From Candidatus Bathyarchaeia archaeon (lineage in GTDB: Archaea > Thermoproteota > Bathyarchaeia > Bathyarchaeales > Bathycorpusculaceae): a stretch of DNA of 64,000 nt. The DNA lies in contig JBBFKZ010000001.1 in NCBI GenBank assembly GCA_037481775.1, positions 160,001-224,000 of the forward strand, in the 5' to 3' direction. The notes under the pieces were generated by a model. The model did no database searches. It was not told the origin of the DNA and saw nothing but the letters and a program-made list of their open reading frames with translations. Made by a program: the position numbers and the translations under genes. Numbering within the stretch: position 1 is the stretch's first letter; each line of letters begins with the position of its first letter. Of the stretch, positions 27,120-36,134 are shown piece after piece.

Positions 27120-28574
27120 TTATTCTGTATGTACTCGGAATAGGTCGATGTCTTCGCGCATTGCTGGTGTTAGCTCTAAGAATTCTCTGACTGCCCGCTC
27201 CACGTCTTTCGCTTGTGTTACGTATCTTCCAACGATAATGACGTCCGCGCCTTTCTCCAACGCCTCTTTTGCAGTTTCCGGTACTATTCCACCTGCGACG
27301 GCTATTAGAAATCGTTTGTCCGGGAAGGTTTGGCGCAGTTTCGGTATCAGATCCAGCCCAAGGGTTTTCCCTGTTTCCTGATCTATTCCTCTGTGGATTA
27401 CAATCATGTCTGGAAACTCTTTAAGCTGCTTAAGCTTTCCAATGGGGTCTTCCACGTTCAGCATGTCCACAACACCGTAGATGCCAAGTCGTCTTGCTTC
27501 GTGCACAAAAGCGTCTAATGTTTCAGGCGGCGCCAGACCGGCGGCAACCACCGCGTCGGCCGTGTCCTCGTAGGCTATGTCAACTTCAACTTTTCCAACA
27601 TCCAAAGTCTTCAAGTCAGCAATCATAAACGCGTCTTTGGCAACCTGCCGTAGCTCGTTTATCACGCGGGTTCCGTAACGTTTGATTAATGGCGTCCCAA
27701 CTTCGATGATTATTCTGTCGCTTCCAGGCATCTGAGAGAGAACCTTCTTAGCCTTATCCAGTTCTGGTGGGTCAAGCGAAATCTGCAGGTAAGGCGGTCT
27801 CCACAAGCGCGGAACCTTGAAGCCCATTATCGGGTGCTTAGCGCGGTCTTTCTCGTAGAGCATCTTGTCAAGCGAAGGATACTTATTTAAGGCTCTGCGT
27901 AGCGCCAGCTTTGTTGCGCCATAATTGTACTGGTATATCTTGCGATAATCGCTTGCCTGAGGATGAATAAAGACGCTGCATATGATCACCCAGTCATCCA
28001 CCTTCTCCCTTGGAATGATGCCCTCCTCCACCGCGTCCGCAACTGCCTTTGCAACCGCAGCTTGGGCTGGACCGAAAATTTTCCCAGCATCCTCCATGTT
28101 CTTCACAGTAACCTTCGGCACAAGCAGCGTGTGCGGCTTAGGCGGAAGATTCGGCCGAATAACCGACAGCAAAGGCGTGTGCCCTGCTGAAAGATTCGAC
28201 AAACTGGTAGCGAAAGCTTGCCCAACAGGCCCGTTTTTGTCGCCTATTAGGAGATCTATATGCGCTACCTCGCTTCCTTCTCCCAAGAGGGCTTCGCCAA
28301 TCAGGTATGTAGGCCCTGATTCTTCGACACATTCATCCGTGAACGGCATCGGTATGCGGTTCACAATGTCTTTAAAGTCGACATTGAACTCTTTAAGCCA
28401 AGTGTAAAGAGTATCTCGGTGTATATTAAGCTCCTTTGCGGTGCCTGCAACTGTCGGTCTTGTCGGTTTCTGTCCCTGCGAAAGTCTGCGTTCAACTTCT
28501 TTTTTAGCGGCTTCCGTCACAAGTTTTATGAAATCGTCTTTTGTTTCAGGCTTTTTAGTGTCTATATCCGACAT
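27120..28574 (-). CDS. fae-hps: Bifunctional formaldehyde-activating enzyme / 3-hexulose-6-phosphate synthase with extra N-terminal HTH
   Basis: Fae: IGEALLGEGSEVAHIDL, GHTPLLSVIRPNL, GPAQAAVAKAVAD, YNYGATK. Hps: IIEVGTPLIK, ADLKTLDVG, VAGG. Probable ATG at 28574 (ORF track start 28652). Confidence 0.92.
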   Translation of the reverse strand: MSDIDTKKPETKDDFIKLVTEAAKKEVERRLSQGQKPTRPTVAGTAKELNIHRDTLYTWLKEFNVDFKDIVNRIPMPFTDECVEESGPTYLIGEALLGEGSEVAHIDLLIGDKNGPVGQAFATSLSNLSAGHTPLLSVIRPNLPPKPHTLLVPKVTVKNMEDAGKIFGPAQAAVAKAVADAVEEGIIPREKVDDWVIICSVFIHPQASDYRKIYQYNYGATKLALRRALNKYPSLDKMLYEKDRAKHPIMGFKVPRLWRPPYLQISLDPPELDKAKKVLSQMPGSDRIIIEVGTPLIKRYGTRVINELRQVAKDAFMIADLKTLDVGKVEVDIAYEDTADAVVAAGLAPPETLDAFVHEARRLGIYGVVDMLNVEDPIGKLKQLKEFPDMIVIHRGIDQETGKTLGLDLIPKLRQTFPDKRFLIAVAGGIVPETAKEALEKGADVIIVGRYVTQAKDVERAVREFLELTPAMREDIDLFRVHTE

Positions 28575-28678
28575 TTCTGTCGCCTCTGCGTCTGTATAGC
28601 GAGACGTGTATATAAGAATGTCGGAGCAAAACAATTGTTTCAACGAGAGCACAGCTGTTTTTTCTGAAATTCTGTCGG
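28569..28678. promoter_or_regulatory. Promoter of fae-hps with candidate operator sites
   Basis: Palindrome CGACA-TTTC-TGTCG (28569..28582) over the start codon; minus-strand TATA TTATATA (28609..28615); TGTCGG half-sites at 28619 and 28673; palindrome AAACAATTGTTT (28629..28640). Confidence 0.5.
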
Positions 28679-28873
28679 CTAAGAAGTTGATTGTTAAGGC
28701 ATAACACTTTTGGTTTAAAGAAACTGCTCCTGCATTGGGCTGATATCTGTGTGCATTCGTGCGCTGCGCGCTCTGTAAGTGTATAAGCGGTTAGCGCTAA
28801 AATTTAATAGTCCCTTAGATTTAGCGGTACATCTATATCTCCGCGTGTACTCTGTGTTAGCAAATATTCAACG

Positions 28874-29074
28874 GTGTCCTGTATGTTTAGGCTTAATTGG
28901 GTGTGTTTAAGCTTGATCTTGCTTGGTTTTGTGCTTTTTCTTTACGGCGCTAACTTCTACGACGCAATAGTTGGCTGGCTGGGCGTTTTCGTCATTCTTG
29001 GAGGTGCACTTGCGCTTCTTCTTTTATACATTTATTGCGAGTTAAAGAAACAAGGATCTGTTCAGAAGCCGTAG
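28874..29074 (+). CDS. Small two-TM membrane protein
   Basis: Two hydrophobic segments around LYGANFYDAIVGW; probable ATG at 28883. Confidence 0.6.
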   Translation: MSCMFRLNWVCLSLILLGFVLFLYGANFYDAIVGWLGVFVILGGALALLLLYIYCELKKQGSVQKP

Positions 29075-30597
29075 AGTCCACTGTACTTTTCTTCTAAATA
29101 CCGCAAGTAAGGCTCAGCGTCCAGTTTTCTTCCAGTTACTTTAGTTATCAAGTCTGGCGGGTCATACAAGGCGCCATGTGAATGAACGTTTTTAGCAAGC
29201 CATGCTATGATGTCTTTCGCGTTGCCCTGTGCAAGTTGGCTTCGCCAATCTTTTATATCGCTGGCTAAAGCGGCGAGCAGCTGCCCACTGTAGATGTTGC
29301 CTAAAGCGTAGCTTGGGAAGTAGCCGTAGTACCCGCTTGCCCAATGCGTATCTTGCATCACTCCTTCAGAGTCATTTTCAATTTTCAAGCCAAGAAGCTC
29401 CTCGTACTTTTGATTCCATACCTCTGGCAGCTGACTAACTTCGACTTTGTTTCCGAACAGGTCCTTCTCAATTTGGAATCGAATTATTATGTGAAGGCAA
29501 TAGGTTACCTCGTCGGCTTCCACGCGAATCTTTGAGGGCTTAACCTCGTTTATAGCGTGCACAAACGGGTCTAACTCAAGATGCGCTAGGCTCGAGCCAG
29601 CTATTGCTTTCAGCTTAGGTAGGAAGCTAATCCAGAATTCTCTGGAGCGCCCTACAATGTTTTCCACGAAGCGGGATTGAGATTCATGTATACCATAAGA
29701 GCAGCTTGCGCCGACAGGCTGGTATTTCCATTCTCTCGGCAGTCCCTGCTCGTACAATGCGTGTCCAGTTTCATGAAGCACCGAGAAGATTGAAGATGCG
29801 AATTCTTCAGGGTAATAGTGTGTTGTAATTCTCACATCGTCATAATATCCCGTGGTGAAGGGATGCTCCGTTTCATCGATGCGCCCAGCGGCATCCGACG
29901 AGCTAACATCGTAGCCCATTGCCTCTGCAAGAGCTTTCGCGATTTGCCGCTGCGCTTCAATTGGAACATTGCATTTAAGCACCGCTGTATTCGGCTGGTT
30001 TGGCGCATTCTGAATCTTCCTAAGCAGAGCAACTAGCCCCTTTTGAAGCTGCTCAAAAATAGGCGCGATTGCCGCAGCGGTCATTTTAGGCTCAAAAATA
30101 TCTATAAGCGCATCATAGGGTGTTGCTGTTGCCTTGACTTTCATGAGAATTTCTGCTTTTTCCCGGTTAAGCTCCACAAGTTTCTGCAGCTCAGGCTGAA
30201 GCAGGCTGAAGCATTTTGCAGCTTTTGCTTTTTTCCAACTGTTCACTGTTAACGCTTGCTGCTTGGCGATTTCTGCAACAAGCTTTTCCGGCAGCTGAGT
30301 TTGCTCATCATAATTTTTCTTGATAAGATAGACATTCCGCTTTTCTACCTCAGTTAAAGTGTCATATTGTGGGCTTGCGAGTATTTCGTTTAAGAGCTTT
30401 CCAATTTCTGGTGAAGTGCTCATCTTATGGCTGATGCGGCTTAACAGCGCAAGCTGCTGGCTCCGCTGCTCGATGCCCCTAGGCGGCATCATGGTTTCCA
30501 TGTCCCAGTGAATTATGGCTTCAGCGGATTGCAGAACAATCAAGTCTTTGGCTAATTCAAGCAGCTTTTTATATGCTAAGTGCACTTCGGATGCCAT
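29062..30597 (-). CDS. Carboxypeptidase, family M32
   Basis: WDMETMMP, HPFT, DVRITT, HETGH, HESQSR, IRVEADE, QDTHW, GYFPSY. Confidence 0.96.
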   Translation of the reverse strand: MASEVHLAYKKLLELAKDLIVLQSAEAIIHWDMETMMPPRGIEQRSQQLALLSRISHKMSTSPEIGKLLNEILASPQYDTLTEVEKRNVYLIKKNYDEQTQLPEKLVAEIAKQQALTVNSWKKAKAAKCFSLLQPELQKLVELNREKAEILMKVKATATPYDALIDIFEPKMTAAAIAPIFEQLQKGLVALLRKIQNAPNQPNTAVLKCNVPIEAQRQIAKALAEAMGYDVSSSDAAGRIDETEHPFTTGYYDDVRITTHYYPEEFASSIFSVLHETGHALYEQGLPREWKYQPVGASCSYGIHESQSRFVENIVGRSREFWISFLPKLKAIAGSSLAHLELDPFVHAINEVKPSKIRVEADEVTYCLHIIIRFQIEKDLFGNKVEVSQLPEVWNQKYEELLGLKIENDSEGVMQDTHWASGYYGYFPSYALGNIYSGQLLAALASDIKDWRSQLAQGNAKDIIAWLAKNVHSHGALYDPPDLITKVTGRKLDAEPYLRYLEEKYSGLYGF

Positions 30598-30748
30598 TTT
30601 TTTGTTTGTCTCCTGTTGTGCTTCTTTTAGCGAGCGCTTGCAAGAAAAGACTTGTGTTTCTAAATGAGGCTGCAGCGGTTGGCGCCTAATGTTGAACGTC
30701 GGTAAATCTTAATAACGGCTCGTGTAATCTGTTTTTGTGTGGTGTGGA

Positions 30749-31021
30749 ATGAAACGGAAGTTGATGGAGATACTGGCTTGCCCCATAGACAAGCATCACC
30801 CGCTTGAGCTTTATGTTTTCGAAGAAAAAGATGAGATAACTGAGGGTTTGATTGTCTGCCCTAAGTGTCTTCGGTGGTATCCGATACGAGATGAAATTCC
30901 CGAGATGTTGCCTGATGAGCTGCGGAAAGAAACTGAAGATTTGCCGTTTTTGAAGAAATGGCGAGAAAAAATTCCTGAAAAAATAGTTTTCGAAGGTAAA
31001 CCTTTTAGTCTGAAACGGTAA
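30749..31021 (+). CDS. Trm112 family protein
   Basis: MKRKLMEILACP...GLIVCPKCLRWYPIRDEIPEML. Confidence 0.9.
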   Translation: MKRKLMEILACPIDKHHPLELYVFEEKDEITEGLIVCPKCLRWYPIRDEIPEMLPDELRKETEDLPFLKKWREKIPEKIVFEGKPFSLKR

Positions 31022-31029
31022 GAAGCGTT

Positions 31030-31977
31030 TTACTCCAGTTTTATTGCTTTATTCTTTGCTGAGGAGCGTAAGGCTGCTTCCGCGATCTCCAGCGCCTTTA
31101 AGCCGTCCACACCGGTTATCAGCGGCTTCTTCTTCGCTAGTATGCAATCGGCGAAGTGCTGCAACTCGAGTTTTAAGGGCTCCTGCCAAGCGTATCTCGG
31201 CATTAAAGTTGCTTTTTGATCCTCAATCCATAATTCCTGCGTCATGTAATCAAGCCGCATTATGGCGTTGCTGCCCGTGACTGTGAGCAGCCGCGTTTTA
31301 TACGGCGTTAACCAGTTAGATTCTATAAACGCGCTTTTTCCATCTTTGTAGGTAAGCATTATCTGCGCGTAATCCTCAAACTTTCTGTGCATCATGCTTC
31401 CTGTTTTTGCGTAAACCATGATGGGCTCCTCATCGAATATGAAACGCATAACATCTATGTCATGTATTGCCGTGTCTTTAACTACGCCTACATCGCCTAT
31501 CCTCTCAGGCCACTGAGAAAACCGCTTTGCAGTTGCACATACAAGTTCGCCGATTTCCTTTTTCTCCACCGCTCTTCTAATGTGCTGCAGCCCAGGAATA
31601 AACCTCATCAAAAAGCCAACTGTCAAGTGCAAGCCGTTTTTCTCGGCTGTTTCCAGAAGCGTTTTCGCCTGCTTCGTGTTCGCAGCCATGGGCTTCTCGA
31701 CTAAGACATGCTTTCCAGCGTTAAGCGCCTTCAAGGCCTCCTTCGCAAGCATGGTTGACCATGTGCATACGCTTACGGCTTCAATATCCTCATTTTTCAG
31801 CATTTTCGCGCTATTCGTGTATGCTTTGATGCCATACTGTCTGGCTATGCTTTTTGCTCTTTCAGCGTTTACGTCGCAAACAGCCACCAACTCTGTGGAT
31901 TCAATCTCTTTATAGGCGCGCGCATGATTTTTTCCCCAGCCTCCTACGCCTATTACCGCTACGCCCAGCTTTCTCAT
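31030..31977 (-). CDS. Gfo/Idh/MocA oxidoreductase (UDP-GlcNAc 3-dehydrogenase-like)
   Basis: GVGGWGKNH, HVLVEKP, DVGVVKDTAIHDID, EPLKLEL. Confidence 0.9.
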   Translation of the reverse strand: MRKLGVAVIGVGGWGKNHARAYKEIESTELVAVCDVNAERAKSIARQYGIKAYTNSAKMLKNEDIEAVSVCTWSTMLAKEALKALNAGKHVLVEKPMAANTKQAKTLLETAEKNGLHLTVGFLMRFIPGLQHIRRAVEKKEIGELVCATAKRFSQWPERIGDVGVVKDTAIHDIDVMRFIFDEEPIMVYAKTGSMMHRKFEDYAQIMLTYKDGKSAFIESNWLTPYKTRLLTVTGSNAIMRLDYMTQELWIEDQKATLMPRYAWQEPLKLELQHFADCILAKKKPLITGVDGLKALEIAEAALRSSAKNKAIKLE

Positions 31978-33329
31978 CTATTTCTTACTCCTCGACCTAA
32001 CCCACGATATATGAACCCTTCTTTTTCAACTTTTTGTGTTTCAATCACGCCTGCCAAATCAACCAAAGCCGGAGGCGCCTTCATAACTGCATATAGCTTT
32101 TTGAGATTTAGACGTTTAAAAACGTCCAGCGGGCTAATTATCATTATGCAGTCTGCGCCTTCTGCAGCTTCAATTAAACTTTTTTTAAGCATACGCGACC
32201 CACTTGCCTGCTCATATACTGAAGGCACGGGGTCATAGAGGTTCAGCTTCGCGCCTTTCTTTTCCAGCATATGCACAAGTTTTTCCGCCGCCGTCTGAGG
32301 CTGAAAGTTGCCCAGCAAAGCAATTCGCGCTCTTCTTAATGTTTTCCCACAGCCGTGCAGCGCATCTTGCGCCAAGTTGACTGCGTGACTTGCCATCTGC
32401 TCATTGATTTGCCTAGCAAGTCCCGGCAACCGAAGCTTGACTGTTAGGTTTTCGGCGTTTTCAAGCAGAAGGTACGCGCCATCTCGGCAGTTTTCCTCAG
32501 CAATCGTCGGTGAGAAACCTGTATCTTGCAGGCCTGCGGCTTTTATAGTTTCAATGTAATCTATGCCTGCGCTTTCACAGAAAATAGCTAATTCGTTAGC
32601 TAATGCCATGTGTGCATCTTTTTTTGCGATGGCAAAGAGCGTAGCGGCCTCAGCAGTTTTTATGTCACTTATCTTGTGTACAGCTTTTTCAGTTACGGTT
32701 TCTAAGACTTTTGAAGCGGAGTCTAAGCTGTTTTTGTCTACGGCAGCTATCTTTAACTCTTGGTCTCTAATTGTGACAGACCTTTGGCTGTGTGGAATAT
32801 AAATGGGGTTGTAGGCAAAACCTAGTGAATCGCCCACTTTGAACCCTGAGGTGTTCTCCAAAAGCTTTTTGATGACGCCTTCTGTAACACCGAACCCTGT
32901 TATGCCCGCGTAAATGACCAATGTGTCCCTATGTAGGGCTACACCAACCTGTTTGCATATCTTCTCTATTTCTGAGTAATCTGCTCTTTTCTTATCATCA
33001 AATTTTACTGGAATTGCTATAAGTATTATGTCACTCTGAGAAACCGCACTTTTTAAATCGCTTGTGGCGCTTATCTGCCCTGTTTTTGCAAAGCGTTTCA
33101 ATTTAATCTCTGCTTCGCGGGCCACGTAGGGCACGTTGCCCTTCGCTATGCTCTTAATCACGCTCTGGTCTAAATCTGTGCATATAACTCTGTAGCCTGC
33201 TTCAGCGAAGGCAACAGCATAAAGAATGCCTGTTTGCCCGCAACCCACCACGCTTACCATGTATGCTTGACGCTTTTCAGCTGTGTCTATTTCTTCGGGT
33301 TTCAAATGTAGAATCGCGGGCATCAGCAC
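31974..33329 (-). CDS. Nucleotide-sugar dehydrogenase family (UDP-ManNAc DH-like), divergent
   Basis: GCGQTG Rossmann, MALANELA, LARQINE and C-terminal GFIYRGLGRG. Several catalytic motifs are altered. Confidence 0.8.
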   Translation of the reverse strand: MLMPAILHLKPEEIDTAEKRQAYMVSVVGCGQTGILYAVAFAEAGYRVICTDLDQSVIKSIAKGNVPYVAREAEIKLKRFAKTGQISATSDLKSAVSQSDIILIAIPVKFDDKKRADYSEIEKICKQVGVALHRDTLVIYAGITGFGVTEGVIKKLLENTSGFKVGDSLGFAYNPIYIPHSQRSVTIRDQELKIAAVDKNSLDSASKVLETVTEKAVHKISDIKTAEAATLFAIAKKDAHMALANELAIFCESAGIDYIETIKAAGLQDTGFSPTIAEENCRDGAYLLLENAENLTVKLRLPGLARQINEQMASHAVNLAQDALHGCGKTLRRARIALLGNFQPQTAAEKLVHMLEKKGAKLNLYDPVPSVYEQASGSRMLKKSLIEAAEGADCIMIISPLDVFKRLNLKKLYAVMKAPPALVDLAGVIETQKVEKEGFIYRGLGRGVRNR

Positions 33330-33352
33330 GTGTTCTCCAAAAGTTTACTTAT

Positions 33353-34720
33353 TTAAAGGGTTTTGAGGATTTTTTCAAGCTTCAGACTATACTCTTCAAC
33401 TAGCTTCCGTGCTTTCTCTGGGCTTTTCGCTTCCGCGTATAACCTATAAATTGGTTCAGTTCCGCTGGGTCTTATCAGAATGGAGCTTTTATCCTCAAAC
33501 CATATTTTTACGCCGTCAATGGTGCTTATGTTTAAGCCTTGCACTTGACCAAGCAGTTTTTGAAGTACTTTGTCTTTTTTGTCTTCTGGGCACTCAATCT
33601 TTCCTTTTTCAATGAAATACTGTGGTTGCTCTGCAATCAACTGCGAAAGCGTCTTGCCTGCTTTAGCCATTATCTCCAGGATTAGGGCAGTTGTCATCGA
33701 GCCGTCGCGAACCGCTTGGTGTGGACCGTAAAAAACTCCGCCGTTTTCTTCACCGCCCAGCTTCGCTTTTATTGCTTTCATCGTTTGAGAAACCGTTACG
33801 CTTCCAACCTTGGTCCAAACTATTTCGCCACTATAGGCGTCGGCAACATCCTTTACAAGCGTTGAGGAACTGACCGGCGTGACTATCTTTTCATTTGGGT
33901 TTCTAATGAGAAACTCTTTTTCAATCAACGCGAAGGTCTTGTCGCCCCAGTGAATTTCTCCCTTTTCGTCTACAAATATGGCTCGGTCAGCGTCTCCGTC
34001 AAATGCAACGCCTAAATCCGCGTCCACAGCCCGCACAATCCTCGCAAGCTCTGTTAGGTTTTCTGGGCGCGGCTCCGGCATTCTGCCCGGAAAAGTTCCG
34101 TCAATATTAGCGTTAATCGTGGTGACTTTACAGTTTAATTCACGTAGAAGACGCGGCGCTGCAAGACTGCCAACGCTATTAGCTGTGTCCACTACAACAT
34201 GAATTTTTTTTCTTGCTATCTCAGAAACATCCACGTGTTTCTTTATTGCTTCGATGTACTCGTCATTTACTGTTGGCAATTCATGCGTAGCGCCCAGTTT
34301 ATTCCATTCAGCAAATACTTGCTTGCCTTCAAAATAGATTTTCTCTATTTCAATTTCCTGCTCGTGAGAAATTTCTATGCCATCTTTCCAGATGACTTTT
34401 ATGCCGTTATATTCAGGTGGGTTGTGCGACGCCGTTATTATTACGCCACCGTCCATGCAATGATTTTTTATCGCATATTGCAGTGCAGGAGTTGGCGCCA
34501 TCCCCGCGAAATACACGTTGCAGCCAGTGGCTACTAAGCTGGCGGTGACTGCCTTAGCAAACATTGGGCCGCTGGTTCTAGCGTCATGTCCCAGTAGCAG
34601 GTTTTTCTTTTTGAAGAAAGTTCCGATGGCTGAGCCTATTTTCACTGCCATTTCAGGAGTTAATTCCTTGTTTGTTAATCCGCGGATGCCGTTTGTCCCG
34701 AAAAGCTTGTTTGCACCCAT
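33353..34720 (-). CDS. glmM: Phosphohexomutase (phosphoglucosamine mutase / PMM-PGM)
   Basis: LFGTNGIRG, ITASHNP, FDGDADR, GGEENGG, RPSGTEP. Confidence 0.9.
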   Translation of the reverse strand: MGANKLFGTNGIRGLTNKELTPEMAVKIGSAIGTFFKKKNLLLGHDARTSGPMFAKAVTASLVATGCNVYFAGMAPTPALQYAIKNHCMDGGVIITASHNPPEYNGIKVIWKDGIEISHEQEIEIEKIYFEGKQVFAEWNKLGATHELPTVNDEYIEAIKKHVDVSEIARKKIHVVVDTANSVGSLAAPRLLRELNCKVTTINANIDGTFPGRMPEPRPENLTELARIVRAVDADLGVAFDGDADRAIFVDEKGEIHWGDKTFALIEKEFLIRNPNEKIVTPVSSSTLVKDVADAYSGEIVWTKVGSVTVSQTMKAIKAKLGGEENGGVFYGPHQAVRDGSMTTALILEIMAKAGKTLSQLIAEQPQYFIEKGKIECPEDKKDKVLQKLLGQVQGLNISTIDGVKIWFEDKSSILIRPSGTEPIYRLYAEAKSPEKARKLVEEYSLKLEKILKTL

Positions 34721-34740
34721 TCTTGAGTCTCCCGTTCTGT

Positions 34741-35829
34741 TTAAAAGATAATATTGGCTCTTAAATGGTTTTCAGAAACTTCTTTAGCTGGGCAAACTGC
34801 TGTTCCTTCCGCAAGTGAGACGCCGTCTTTGATTTTCGCTTGATCGGCTACAATGCAGCCCATGCTGATTTTGGCTTTTTTCCCTATAGTGACGGCTTCA
34901 CCTATAATCGCACCCTCTATCATTGTGTAGTCATCTATTTGCGCATCTGGAAAAATTACCGAATCGCGTATTTGCACGTTTTTCCCAACGATAACGTTTT
35001 TCCCCAGTATCGCGTATGGTCCTATCACAGAGTTTTCGCCAATAGAAATCCCCTTGTCTAAAGCCACGGGTTGCCTAATTTCGAACTTGCCTGCCGCGCA
35101 TACTTTTTGAGTTTTGGCAAGTGTATCGAGAATAATTTTGTTCGTCTGCAAGTACTCCTCTGGCTTGCCAATGTCTTTCCACACCCCACTAATGACATGC
35201 CCATAAAGTTTGCCTTCTCCCGCCAATTTCGGAAAGACCTCTCGCTCCATCGATACTGCTCTCCCTTTTGGAATATAACTTAGGACCTTCGGGCTGAGCA
35301 CGTAAATCCCCGCGTTTATCAAGTTGGTCGGCGCTGTGCCCTTTGCTGGTTTTTCAACGAATCTCTTCACGAGCCCTTCCTTCGTAATTTCGGCTACTCC
35401 GTATCTGCTTGGGTCTTCAACTTCGCAGAGAGCAATTGTGGCTAAAGCGTTGGTTTCTCTGTGGTTCGCTACTATTTCTTCATAGTTGACATATGCGAAT
35501 ATGTCGCCGTTTAAAACTAGGAACGGCTCTGCGTTGTCTAGTAGCTTTTCAGCCTTTTTTATTGGCCCTGCTGTTCCAAGCGGCGTTTTAGGTGGATCAA
35601 TGGAGTATCTTATCCGTAATCCGCTTTTTGGGATTCGCTGCTTTTTAATGTAGAATTCTGTTTGCATATTAACTGCTAATATCGCATCTTTGATGTCGCT
35701 TCGCGCAAGTTGCTCGAAAATCCATTGAAGCAAAGGCTTGTTAACTATCGGAAACAAAGTTTTAGGTCTTGTGCAGCTCAGCGGTCTCAATCTGGTGCCG
35801 AATCCACCTGCAAGGATTAAAGCCTTCAA
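34741..35829 (-). CDS. NDP-sugar synthase (sugar-1-phosphate nucleotidyltransferase with hexapeptide repeats)
   Basis: ILAGGFGTRLRPL...PK, PLGTAG, LNGD, FVEKP, WKDIG and left-handed beta-helix C-terminus. Confidence 0.92.
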   Translation of the reverse strand: MKALILAGGFGTRLRPLSCTRPKTLFPIVNKPLLQWIFEQLARSDIKDAILAVNMQTEFYIKKQRIPKSGLRIRYSIDPPKTPLGTAGPIKKAEKLLDNAEPFLVLNGDIFAYVNYEEIVANHRETNALATIALCEVEDPSRYGVAEITKEGLVKRFVEKPAKGTAPTNLINAGIYVLSPKVLSYIPKGRAVSMEREVFPKLAGEGKLYGHVISGVWKDIGKPEEYLQTNKIILDTLAKTQKVCAAGKFEIRQPVALDKGISIGENSVIGPYAILGKNVIVGKNVQIRDSVIFPDAQIDDYTMIEGAIIGEAVTIGKKAKISMGCIVADQAKIKDGVSLAEGTAVCPAKEVSENHLRANIIF

Positions 35830-36134
35830 TCAACGTCACCCTTTAAAGGGGATTATACTATCTGTATGTTTTAATATAAACAGTTATGGCGGAAAATTGC
35901 CAGCGTACTGCAAAAGCTAAAGATTCAGTCCCGTACTCCTCCTATAAATAGGCGATTTTGATTTAGCCCAAAATTTTTTAGTGATAATTTTTGTCGCTTA
36001 ATCATCTTTATTTGTTTATTGAACTAAGAGGAAACAGCTGAACATTGCATGTTGAATATAACCTGCTGGTTTTCGATTAAAATACTGCGTTACGGTTATA
36101 TGTTGCTGGTGTAAAACAGAAGGGGAGAACGCCT

